Shown here piece by piece: positions 1 through 9,700 of a stretch of DNA of 64,000 nucleotides. The notes under the pieces are model-generated. The model searched no databases. It was not told the origin of the DNA and worked only from the letters and a program-made list of their open reading frames with translations. A program made the position numbers and the translations under genes. Within the stretch, counting starts at the first letter, position 1; each line of letters opens with the position of its first letter. The stretch is from a virus. The stretch covers positions 64,001 to 128,000 of the IMG/VR virus record IMGVR_UViG_3300025096_000004; one strand, 5' to 3'.

Positions 1-1
1 G

Positions 2-121
2 CCAACCGTCAGGGTCACCAAAGAAAAATCAGGCAATCTTGTGAAAGAGTTTATAGAGGACTCAAGAAAAGAACTTAATGAAGAAAAGAAAAAATTGACA
101 AGTGAGGAATATGATCGATGA
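2..121 (+). CDS. C-terminal fragment of a gene entering from the left edge (PTVRVTKEKSGNLVKEFIEDSRKELNEEKKKLTSEEYDR*)
   Basis: Frame 2 is open from base 2 to TGA at 119-121. The stop overlaps the next ATG (ATGA), the coupling seen throughout the window. Confidence 0.7.
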   Translation, partial: PTVRVTKEKSGNLVKEFIEDSRKELNEEKKKLTSEEYDR

Positions 122-531
122 CGATACTTAATATATGGTTAATAGTGGCCTTGACTCTTTCGTTAACAGCAAATATTTTGTTGGTGTGGTACCTTCGAAA
201 ACTTCTTGATAAATTTCTATTTATATCCCAAAACCTTGGTGATTTAGTAGAAATGGTTGAAAATTATCATGCGCACCTCAAACATGTTAATAATATGGAA
301 ACTTATAATGGAGACGAAACAATAGAGTACTTACTACGCCACACACATAGTTTGATTGATTTAATGGATGATTATAGAGATGTTTACGATATTAGCATAC
401 CTTTAGAAGGAAAACAGGAGAACCTAGATAATGAAGAACGAGACACCCAAATTGAAGAGGAGGAGGCGGAGCCGGTCTCGATCTCCGAAGAAAATGTATT
501 TTACGCAGGAACACGAAGACGCAATAGTTAA
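118..531 (+). CDS. Hypothetical protein with N-terminal transmembrane helix and acidic C-terminal tail
   Basis: 137-aa ORF; hydrophobic ILNIWLIVALTLSLTANILLVWYL; SD-like GAGGA at 104-108. Confidence 0.8.
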   Translation: MTILNIWLIVALTLSLTANILLVWYLRKLLDKFLFISQNLGDLVEMVENYHAHLKHVNNMETYNGDETIEYLLRHTHSLIDLMDDYRDVYDISIPLEGKQENLDNEERDTQIEEEEAEPVSISEENVFYAGTRRRNS

Positions 532-1153
532 ATATGCTCTTACAAATTGCAGAGAGGTAAGGACAGAGCTTTATGTTACGCTGCTTAAACCAGCATTTGA
601 TGAAATGGTTGATAAAATAGTTTTTACTTATAAATTTACAACTTTGCCAAATATTGATGAATTAAGAGATGAGTGTAAGGTATGGCTAACTACTATTCTA
701 GATAAGTATGATCCCAACAAGGGGTCCAAAGCTTTTTCATATTTTAGTGTTATAACGAAAAACTGGTTTATTCATAAGGTTAAACAAACAACTCGCCGAG
801 CAAAGAGAGAAGTTGACTATGAATTGGTTGCAAAAGAAGTTGATGAAAAACTTGTTGATAACAGGAATATCTATGTTGAAACTCGAGAGAAAAAAGAGTT
901 CTGGCAAAATCTTTGGAAAGAAATCGAAAGTTGGCAACCCGAAATGATGAAAGAGAATGAACGCAAGGTGTATGAAGCAGTAAAAATCCTTTTACAATCT
1001 GTGGATCAGATTGATATTTACAACAAAAAGGCGGTTTATCTTTATTTGAGAGAATTAACTGATTTAAACACTAAACAAGTTGTTAATCAACTCAATAAGA
1101 TGAGAAAAAAATATAAGGTATTTCGGAGGAATTGGGATGACGGGAAAATTTAA
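431..1153 (+). CDS. Phage sigma-70-family sigma factor (T4 gp55-like late sigma candidate)
   Basis: Region-2-like motif LDKYDPNKGSKAFSYFSVITKNWF and a C-terminal HTH-like segment (LRELTDLNTKQVVNQLNKMRKK). AGGAG at 416-420 supports the start at 431; an alternative start is at 494. Confidence 0.7.
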   Translation: MKNETPKLKRRRRSRSRSPKKMYFTQEHEDAIVKYALTNCREVRTELYVTLLKPAFDEMVDKIVFTYKFTTLPNIDELRDECKVWLTTILDKYDPNKGSKAFSYFSVITKNWFIHKVKQTTRRAKREVDYELVAKEVDEKLVDNRNIYVETREKKEFWQNLWKEIESWQPEMMKENERKVYEAVKILLQSVDQIDIYNKKAVYLYLRELTDLNTKQVVNQLNKMRKKYKVFRRNWDDGKI

Positions 1154-1159
1154 CCTGAG

Positions 1160-1168
1160 ACTAGTTAA
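1160..1168 (+). promoter_or_regulatory. ACTAnTTA intergenic motif (ACTAGTTAA), putative late promoter element
   Basis: One of six copies found in intergenic gaps of the structural region. Confidence 0.4.
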
Positions 1169-1171
1169 GGC

Positions 1172-1477
1172 ATGGCAAGCGAATTAGATAAATATTTACA
1201 AGAGACAGTGGACAATATCCGCAATGATAGAGAGGTCACCAAAGAATTGTTAGATGATGCAATGAAATGGTTAGCCAAGGACGAATCTCGTCATCGTGAG
1301 TTGGGACTTGTATTATCAAAATATGTTGAAACATTGCAGAGATCAAATGAGCAGTTGGTAAAAGTGGCCTCTCTTATTTCAAAAAAAGCATCATCCCAAG
1401 ATCTTACTGATGATGACAAAGAGCAAATATTTGATATGATCAAGGGAGATGAAAAAGATGAAACATCACAATCCTGA
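1172..1477 (+). CDS. Hypothetical helical protein
   Basis: 101-aa ORF filling the space between neighbours; no recognisable motif. Confidence 0.75.
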   Translation: MASELDKYLQETVDNIRNDREVTKELLDDAMKWLAKDESRHRELGLVLSKYVETLQRSNEQLVKVASLISKKASSQDLTDDDKEQIFDMIKGDEKDETSQS

Positions 1478-2642
1478 TTTGTTAGCAGATGATCATAGTC
1501 TAAGTCAAGTTCGTCAAGATATGGAGGATGATATAATTAAAGATGCTTTTTTTGATTTTACCAAAGGTAAGAGAAATTGGAGAGCAGTTTGTTTGACCGA
1601 TTCGGACTCATCAGATAAAAAAATGATAAATTCGCTAGATGGCTCTCGACTGCCAATCAAACTAAGAGTGTTGGATACATTGGATTCTGTTCTACCCAAC
1701 CCCTGTGCTCTTAAGTTTTCTGAGCCCGAGGTGAAAAAGATAGTTTCACTTTACCCAACCGGATGGTCAACACAGCCATTCGAAAATCGATACTCTTTGC
1801 CGTCATTTGGGCATGTATTAAGGGTCTCTTTTAATGAAAAAGGCCCCGCCGAACAAGGCCGCCACAGAGGTCTTCAGTACACATATAAGACAGATAAAGA
1901 AACAGAACGTTACGACTGTGAAACACGAAAGTTTATGGGCGGCCTAACTAGTTTTACAGGAAGAAATGCTAGATTATTGAGGTCTGTTGCCCCCGGTGCC
2001 GCCGGACCTCATGGCGCCATAGGCCCTCCTCTTGGCGCCGCCTCTTGGGATGACACCGTCGGCGCGGGTGAAACACATTGGTCTAATGAAGATACGAAGA
2101 ATAACTATATGGACAGCAATCACTCTAATCGAAATTCATATGATGATTTGATTGTCAAGTGGTCGTCTCAATATAATATTGATCCAAATTTGGTCAAAGC
2201 ACTCATATGGGCCGAGAGTGGTTTTAAAATCAAAGCTCAATCGAACAAAGGCGCCTCCGGCCTGACTCAGATCATGCCAGATACTCAAGAGAGTATTAAT
2301 AAAGTTTTAAAATATAAAACAATAAATTTGGGAGATCCCGACCAAGCGGTTCATTTTGGCGTTTATTATCTTGTAAGAAAAATAAATCAAGTCGCAGAGA
2401 AGAATTATGTAGACAAATATAAGGACGTCGAAAATGTAAACGCCGGCGGTAAAGGATATAGTGCGCTTGAATTGGGCTTAATATCATATAACTCTGGTCG
2501 AGGAAACTTGGTAAAATACGGCCCAAAGACAGTTATGGGTGAGAGATGGGACTGCAAAAACAACGCTTGTGGTCAAACAAGAAAATATGTTCGAAAGGTG
2601 ACAGCATGGTATGAATGGCTCCTCGCGAATGAAAAATTATAG
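1458..2642 (+). CDS. Baseplate hub/spike-associated protein: shared OB-like N-terminal domain plus SLT lytic transglycosylase domain
   Basis: SLT motifs ALIWAESGF, GASGLTQIMP and ISYNSG (about 2139-2620). The N-terminus is homologous to the next two ORFs. Start 1458 is preferred over 1449 because of SD spacing (AGGGAG at 1443-1448). Confidence 0.85.
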   Translation: MKHHNPDLLADDHSLSQVRQDMEDDIIKDAFFDFTKGKRNWRAVCLTDSDSSDKKMINSLDGSRLPIKLRVLDTLDSVLPNPCALKFSEPEVKKIVSLYPTGWSTQPFENRYSLPSFGHVLRVSFNEKGPAEQGRHRGLQYTYKTDKETERYDCETRKFMGGLTSFTGRNARLLRSVAPGAAGPHGAIGPPLGAASWDDTVGAGETHWSNEDTKNNYMDSNHSNRNSYDDLIVKWSSQYNIDPNLVKALIWAESGFKIKAQSNKGASGLTQIMPDTQESINKVLKYKTINLGDPDQAVHFGVYYLVRKINQVAEKNYVDKYKDVENVNAGGKGYSALELGLISYNSGRGNLVKYGPKTVMGERWDCKNNACGQTRKYVRKVTAWYEWLLANEKL

Positions 2643-2657
2643 AAAGAGGTACGCAAA

Positions 2658-4025
2658 ATGACTTATTTAAATCCTGACTTGATAGCTGATGATTTTTCGC
2701 TAAGCCAAATTCTCGAGGAGAAGGTAGCGAATCAACATGATGATATTTACAATAATACAATTAGGGGCAAGGAGCATTTTACAAGCAGGGTGATAACAAA
2801 CAGCGCATTACGCGGAAAAGATGAAAACTATACTGGCCGTCATTTTTTCTGTAAGGCACGTCCTCTTGACACAATGCATGATCATTGTGTTCCTGATCCA
2901 TGCACCAACCACAAGCTTGGAAAGGAGCAGCAAAAATTATTAATTAGCCTTCATCCCACTATGGTCTCCAAGAGTCCAATGAATGAGAATCAACGACCGC
3001 CAAGGTTTAGTGATAAGATAAAAATGTCTTTTTATGGAGAGGGTCCAAATGGAATGACAGCAAAAATGCGCGATATTAGATATTCCCACAAAAGCAAAAT
3101 AGATGAATTTCAATATGCATGCGCTTTTGAAGAGATAGAAGAAATGGCAGGTATGTTTGGATCTGGCCTCCCTTCAGAGCCCTTAAACCGATCAGGTGGG
3201 AACAGAAAACAGAGAGGTGACTTCCCCGACGCCAGTCTTTTTCACAACACGACTGACGGCCTCCCTGACAACCCATCGCCCAACATCCCCGGTCCATTTT
3301 CGAAATATTATGATTGTTCTAAAAAATATAAGTATACAGGCCAGCACCCTGACTTTCAAGGTCAAGAAATATATAATGGCCAATTTCCCAATGAACTCTT
3401 GGCCCTTGCTAAACACGGAAAAGGCGGCGGTGCTGGGCAAGAGAATGGAAAAACCATTTTGGCTCGCGAGGCTGTTAGATCATATGATGAAATGGCAAAA
3501 GCATATCACGCCGACACCGGCCGCGATCTTGTTGCTTCGGGCTATCGCCCGGTATATCGTCAACAGGACGCCCGCCAAGATGCTATTAAAAAATATGGTT
3601 CTCATTCCGGCTCGAAGGCATACAAAAAAACTGCAACCCCCGGAAATTCAAAGCATGGCCTCGGCCTTGCCGTCGATTTTAAGAATGGTAACATTGATCA
3701 CAGTGTCTATGGTTGGACAGATAAAACATATTATTGGTTGGTTGACAATGCCAATGCCTTTGGCTGGTACCACCCTTCTTGGGCTGCAAAGAATGATGAT
3801 AATGAACCGTGGCATTGGGAATATAAGTTTGCAGATAAAATTTTAAAGCTGAATACTGAATCCAAATCAGAAGCCCGAGCACGTCGAAGAGCTTTTGAGA
3901 AAGCCAACAAAATCGATTGCTCCAAGCGCAATCCAAAACTAAAAGTTTCGATAGATCCACTTGACACTGATACGACTTTATTTGATAGTCCTTTACTTAT
4001 TCAAATTCAACAGGGAGTGGCATAG
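2658..4025 (+). CDS. Baseplate hub/spike-associated protein: shared OB-like N-terminal domain plus M15/VanY-type zinc peptidase domain
   Basis: SGYR..Q, PGNSKHGLGLAVD (S-x-H-x6-D) and EPWHW zinc-peptidase motifs (about 3460-3830). The shared N-terminus begins NPDLIADDFSL. Confidence 0.85.
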   Translation: MTYLNPDLIADDFSLSQILEEKVANQHDDIYNNTIRGKEHFTSRVITNSALRGKDENYTGRHFFCKARPLDTMHDHCVPDPCTNHKLGKEQQKLLISLHPTMVSKSPMNENQRPPRFSDKIKMSFYGEGPNGMTAKMRDIRYSHKSKIDEFQYACAFEEIEEMAGMFGSGLPSEPLNRSGGNRKQRGDFPDASLFHNTTDGLPDNPSPNIPGPFSKYYDCSKKYKYTGQHPDFQGQEIYNGQFPNELLALAKHGKGGGAGQENGKTILAREAVRSYDEMAKAYHADTGRDLVASGYRPVYRQQDARQDAIKKYGSHSGSKAYKKTATPGNSKHGLGLAVDFKNGNIDHSVYGWTDKTYYWLVDNANAFGWYHPSWAAKNDDNEPWHWEYKFADKILKLNTESKSEARARRRAFEKANKIDCSKRNPKLKVSIDPLDTDTTLFDSPLLIQIQQGVA

Positions 4026-4028
4026 ATT

Positions 4029-5690
4029 ATGGGCGTTGAATATTATACAAATAATTTAGATGCTCTTGCTGATGATCATTCTTTAAGGGATATGCGTCGT
4101 CAACTTCTTTCTGATGCTTTGGATCAAAATGAGTTTAACACAAAAAAAAGAAGAAATGAATATATTGGTACTGTTCTTTCGAACGAGCAAGAGGCGGATT
4201 TCCCACAGGCCTCCGCCGGAGGCCAATCTATTGCTGTAAAGGTAAGGCTCGATGAAGCTCAAGAAGAATATTTGCCAGATTTTTGTGCTGACACTTGGAC
4301 TGAAAAGCAAAAATTTATTCTCTTGTCTTGTCATGGATCCGCCGTTAGTCATACTCCGCTCGTCGATGATAACGGCGAAAGAGTTCCTAAATTTGGGGAT
4401 CGATTGAGTCTTTTTTTCTCTGAGGAGTCTCCTGATTTCTATGGGAGAATGAGGGATTTAAGATATAGATACCCAACTAGCGAGGGGGAGATGTGGAAAA
4501 AGAAGTGCCCTCCAGCAAAACCATTTCTATTAGCTGAGATTGTCGGAGACAAGATTCAAATCAATGAAGAAATATTTTTTGCTTTTGACAAATGGGATAT
4601 AAAAGAAGTCAGCTTTAAAGTTTTATCCGCTGTTGCAAAAATCCTTAAAGCCAATCCAAGAATAAAAATCAAACTTGATGGACACACTGATAGTCGTGGC
4701 AGCAATAAATATAACATGGCTCTTTCCAAAAAGAGAGTGGCTTCTGTTTTTAAGCACTTAACAGAAGTAAACGGAGTGTCGGCATCTCAAATACCAAAGC
4801 GACAGGGCCATGGCGAAACAAAGCCATGGAGCAAGTTGTGTGACCAATATGGGGATCACCTCAAGAGAAACCCACCTAACACACCTAGAGGAAAAAAAGA
4901 ATGGACCTATTGTCACGCCAAAAACCGTCGGGTTGAATTTAATATTATTGAAGGATTGGAATCCGGCGCTGCTAGTTATGGCTCCGCCACCGCAACTACC
5001 GAACCCACCAAAACCGCCGCCGAATCCACCTCTGAAGCAGACACCTCTTCTGAAAAAAGACGAAAACATGAGGAAAAGGCCAAAGAGGGTCAAGAAGATC
5101 CATCTAAACCAGAAGAAGTCCGCGACGATCCTTCCCAATCCGAAGCATACATAGAAAAATCAGCAGAAACAAATTCAGAAAATTGGCAAAAGTGGTATGA
5201 ACATAAACTATCATCAGAAACAGATCCTGTCATGAGATCGACTCTAGAAGAATATATTCAAAATGAAAAGAATTATAGAAGAGATCGCCCTTATGGCGAA
5301 GACCCCATAAACATTTATCCGCCCCGCTGGCGCGGAGGAAATTCTTTAGAAGAGTGGCATAGACCTGCACCTCAAACAGATTTCGAGACAGGCCACAACA
5401 CTCCCTCTTCCGGTGATGCCTATGCTTGGGTGCCGTCAGTGGACATGACCATCGAGGCCGCCAAGGGATATATGGAACATCAACAGAGCAAGATGCAAGA
5501 TTTGTTTAACGAGTATGAACTACAACACAAAAAAGAAGGATATGACGCAGTCAATGAGTTTCTTCCTGATCCATGCGCCCCCGGGCTTTCTGAACAAGAA
5601 CGTCAACGAATTTTGTCAATGTACCCACTAGACCACCCACTCAGGACGGGAGAGAGGGATTGCTATGGCATCCCTGCTGATGCGGGCTGA
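4029..5690 (+). CDS. Baseplate hub/spike-associated protein: shared OB-like N-terminal domain plus OmpA-like peptidoglycan-binding domain
   Basis: IFFAFDKWDI, GHTDSRGSNKYNMALSKKR, GHGETKP and NRRVEF (about 4570-4945). The shared N-terminus begins NLDALADDHSL. Confidence 0.85.
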   Translation: MGVEYYTNNLDALADDHSLRDMRRQLLSDALDQNEFNTKKRRNEYIGTVLSNEQEADFPQASAGGQSIAVKVRLDEAQEEYLPDFCADTWTEKQKFILLSCHGSAVSHTPLVDDNGERVPKFGDRLSLFFSEESPDFYGRMRDLRYRYPTSEGEMWKKKCPPAKPFLLAEIVGDKIQINEEIFFAFDKWDIKEVSFKVLSAVAKILKANPRIKIKLDGHTDSRGSNKYNMALSKKRVASVFKHLTEVNGVSASQIPKRQGHGETKPWSKLCDQYGDHLKRNPPNTPRGKKEWTYCHAKNRRVEFNIIEGLESGAASYGSATATTEPTKTAAESTSEADTSSEKRRKHEEKAKEGQEDPSKPEEVRDDPSQSEAYIEKSAETNSENWQKWYEHKLSSETDPVMRSTLEEYIQNEKNYRRDRPYGEDPINIYPPRWRGGNSLEEWHRPAPQTDFETGHNTPSSGDAYAWVPSVDMTIEAAKGYMEHQQSKMQDLFNEYELQHKKEGYDAVNEFLPDPCAPGLSEQERQRILSMYPLDHPLRTGERDCYGIPADAG

Positions 5691-5716
5691 TAATACAGAA
5701 ATAAATCAACAAATAA

Positions 5717-5725
5717 ACTAATTAT
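5717..5725 (+). promoter_or_regulatory. ACTAnTTA intergenic motif (ACTAATTAT), putative late promoter element
   Basis: Lies in the 51-nt gap before the spike-like gene. Confidence 0.45.
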
Positions 5726-5741
5726 ACTTTTTGGAGCGAGT

Positions 5742-6713
5742 ATGCCAACAGATAAGAAAAAACATGTAAATCAATTGTGCTTAAAGCCAAATAACCCCTT
5801 GACCTTTTGGAAAAAATTGGGCTATCCCCCCGGTCAATTTTGTACTGCATTAGATGAATATTTTCCAAAACTTGAAAGGGCGGGCTGTGAAGTGATTTAT
5901 AGTGGCAAAAATAATAGCGATATTGTCCTTGGGCGAGATCGAGATGCCTCTCTTGCGTCTGGATACGGCGGGTCTGGTGGAACTCAATGTGGAATGATTG
6001 ATATTGTTGTCGGCCGCTTGGCATGTCAACCAGTTCAAAAATGTGAGGTTATTACTGGTCCGAATTTTTGTGATGACGGTGCTCGTATTTATTTAACCCA
6101 ACGAGGAGATATAGATAAATATTTTGGTCTCCCCAAGGGAAAGGTTAGTGGGAAAACGGATAATAGTGCAGCCATTGGCATTAAGTCTGATCATACTAGA
6201 ATAATTGGCAGAGAGACAGTTAAAATATATGCTGGCCAAGGAGATTTTCAAGGCTTGGGTATGAATGGTGAACGAAATTCCAAGGGTGGCAGTATTGACC
6301 GTCGTGGGGTTATTGAATTGATAGCTGGATATCGAGATCCTAAATACATCCATCCCGCAGTCTTGGGAACTAACTTAGTAGAGTGTCTAAAGGGGCTTTA
6401 TAGATTAATAGCTCAAACTTTTTCTGCGCTTCATCACACTCACCTTATTCAATCGAAGATGTATGTTGCACTGTCCGGACATTCACACCAAGGCACCGGC
6501 ATCGGTGCTATTACTACTTTTCCAGACCCAATGTTGACTTACAAATCATTCAAGTCTTTTGCAAAAGCCGCCGCTTCCGGGTTTGATGACATGTTGTCGA
6601 TTATGAACACAGCTAGAGACGAGATGGAATATTGCGGCGTGGGTGATCCTAAGACAGGAGATCTCATTCCCGGATGGAAAAATATAACGAGTACAAAAGT
6701 CTTTTTAACATGA
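5742..6713 (+). CDS. Central spike-like protein (gp5/gpV C-terminal beta-helix type) with HxH motif
   Basis: Short beta-strand repeats (SDIVLGRD, ARIYLTQ, IGIKSDHTRIIGRETVKIYAG), an H-S-H motif at aa 247-249, and a position between the hub genes and gp25. Confidence 0.55.
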   Translation: MPTDKKKHVNQLCLKPNNPLTFWKKLGYPPGQFCTALDEYFPKLERAGCEVIYSGKNNSDIVLGRDRDASLASGYGGSGGTQCGMIDIVVGRLACQPVQKCEVITGPNFCDDGARIYLTQRGDIDKYFGLPKGKVSGKTDNSAAIGIKSDHTRIIGRETVKIYAGQGDFQGLGMNGERNSKGGSIDRRGVIELIAGYRDPKYIHPAVLGTNLVECLKGLYRLIAQTFSALHHTHLIQSKMYVALSGHSHQGTGIGAITTFPDPMLTYKSFKSFAKAAASGFDDMLSIMNTARDEMEYCGVGDPKTGDLIPGWKNITSTKVFLT

Positions 6714-6720
6714 GGTAAAT

Positions 6721-9700
6721 ATGGCAGAAAAAACAATAAGGGATTTCCAGACAGATGTTTGTGAACCCCTAAAACCCCCTACACCAGAAAGAGCCTGTCC
6801 AGAGTGTATACCCAACCCAGATGCAATTCTTGAGGATTGGACGCTTTCTGATGGAGAGCCGTTTTTTAACGAACGAACGTGTGAATATCAAGTTGCAGTT
6901 ATGATTAACCAAGATGGTGATTATTATCGTGCGAAAGAACTCCGCGAAGCTGATGAGAAGGGCATAGATTTTGAAATGGTTTTACAGTCCTTTGTCCTTC
7001 CCGGGTTGCGAATAATGCTTAGATATTATGATAAAGACGAATCCGATAAATTTGTGTGTGCCTTCCCGCCAGAATTCGAACACCAATATGAAAAGTCCGG
7101 TGGTGAGTCCGCCACCGAAGTTGTCACTGCTATGGGAGTTGGTTTTTTATGGGGCGGTATACCGGGAGCCATCATTGCTGGTGGGCTTGAGGTCGCCTCC
7201 GAAGTTGCAGAATGGGTTATGGATGAGAAGACCACGGAAGACAGAGCCGCCGAGGGACAGAGCGGCACAGGAGATTCAGACAAATATGGATATGACCGCG
7301 TTGCTGAGGACTACGAACGGACCCAAAATGAGATTGTGGAGGATTATAAAAATATGGTCGAAATGAGAGAAAATAATATCTCAAAGCAATCTCTTCGCTG
7401 TCGATCAATTTATAAACAAATGGTTGACGGAACACTGCCAAAGCATTTTCACAGCCAAGTCACAAAGAAGATAGAACTAACAACTGGTTTGCCAGATGGA
7501 AGTACTTTTGAAATAGTCATCCCAAACCCAAGTGGTCTTTTGGCATACCAAGAATCCAATAATGAAATTAAAAACCCTGATGCTTTGGAATTGTACGCCA
7601 GAGCAATAGATTTTGACTATGGACAAACCCCGGGCGAACCAATGATGGTTTTGGTATCAATTCCTTCCTATATAATGGACAAGGTTCCTCCCCATCCAAC
7701 TCCTGAAATAACCGATTTTTCCGGTCCACAAGAGGTCGTGCTCGATGGCCCACGAATATATGCCATGACAAGTCGATTGTCTGAAGCTTTAAGAGTTTAT
7801 GGCAATTATCAGGCGTATTGGTGGCAAACAGAGCGAGCTACCCTGTATCAGAAAATGATGCTACCAGATGGCACATTTGTTTCTCAAACCACCGGCGGCG
7901 CGGGAGCAGCCTTCTCAGAATCTTCTTTAATTAGTGAGATGGTCGGAGGCAGCGTAGAGGTGGAAACCCCAACAGATTATGAATTAGTTGGTGATCCACA
8001 AGTATTTTATATTATTCAATACCAACAAGCAATTGTCGATTTTTATATGGCTTTACAGGAATTATTGGAAAAAAATGATTTTCGTTTAACCGCATGGCCC
8101 AATTTTCTAGGAGATCGAGCAGAAGAGGTTAAAATAGTATTTGAACAAGTTGAGCCCCCAGACACAACCAAGTCCACCGACCCATCGACACCCGCCCCCT
8201 CTGGACATTTTAAAATAAAATCAGTTTGGGCAAAATATGATTTATGTGGTTGGCACAAAATGAAACAAATGGGGGGATTCTTAAACCACCCCTCGGTGAG
8301 GAACGAAACAATAATGGGGTATGTTTCCAGATTACCAGAAATAGATACCGCTTTGACTGCAAAGTCGACACCCCCGTGGTTAGATTTTATTGTTCAATAC
8401 ACATATCCTCCTTTGGATGTCAGATATCATTCTGATGCTGGTTCCCAAGGAAAACCTGCTGTCGGTGGCTGTTTTCCACTGGGCGAAGGGGGCGCGGAAG
8501 CCTTTAGAGATTGGGTTTTTAACTCAGTAATGTCCCTTGGAGAAGCTGTTGCATATCAATTTAACAAATCTTCTTGTAAGTTGCTGACAGATCCTACATA
8601 CCGCCCAACAGAAAAAAAATGGGCCGACTGGCGCAAAGGACAACGAGAAGAACACATAAAAAGAATAAACGAACACTATGCTCGAGAAGAGGCCACCATT
8701 ATGGCCGCAGGTCAAAGAATTAGAGAAAAGGAGTATAAAGATCCTCTCACAAAATCCGCAGACTACCAAGCCCAGCAACAAGCCCTTCAGTCTAGCAGGG
8801 ACAATAGAAAGGAGGCCCTTAATCATCCTTACAGGTCCGCCGCCATTGATGCCGCTTTACAAGAGTTTGATATGGATAGTTCCCTGATTGGTCTTTTTAT
8901 AGATCAAGCTGAACTTCGTAAACTCGGCCTTGGCACATCAATTTGGAAAGGCTTTAAGGGAACACTTGGGGGTAAAGACCCCGGAGTTAGTAAATTTGAA
9001 ATGTTCAAGACTAGAATAGATAAGTGTGGTTTTTCAGCGATGCTGTTCAAAACAATCCAGTGCTTAATGGGCGGCGTCACCGCCGCCGCCGCTTACGACG
9101 CCGCAGCGAAAGCCTTACTTAAATCTTTAGAGAAGGCCAATTGGGAGATTTTATTTGTTGGTATACCTTATCACAAACAGATTGAAATAAAGGACAGAGT
9201 TAACAAAGAAATGGGTAATTTGCCTCCCCCTTGGGAGTGGGTTCCCGGAAAGAATGAAATTCCTGATGATAAAATGAAAGTTGTTGAGCATGCCGACAAT
9301 GTTAAGTCTTATGAGCAACAAATCATGATAAATGACGAAAAATTGCAATCGCTGGACACCGAGTGGTTCGGTATTAATGATTCCATAGATCAGACCATGG
9401 CAAAACAGAGCCTCGCCCAGAACGATGATGAAAGACAGACATGGTTTGATATGCAAAAAGAACTAGAAAAAAAGCAATCTGACGTCGATGACCGGATGGA
9501 GGACATAAAGCGCCAAAACAAAAAATTGAAAGCAAAGACTGGAGCTTTCTGGAAATCTGATGATAAGGCCTATAGTGATTTTAAGGCTTTGTCTGACGAC
9601 GACAAAGAAAGAATCAGAAAGGAAACAGCAGCTTATCAAAAATCTCTCGGTTCAGACCCACAGAGTCGATATACTCAAGGCTCTGTCGGCGGAGGTTTGG

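Noticed and set aside
95-123. TTGACA at 95-100 as a promoter
   Set aside because: No -10 hexamer at 16-18 nt spacing; TATGAT is only 9 nt away.
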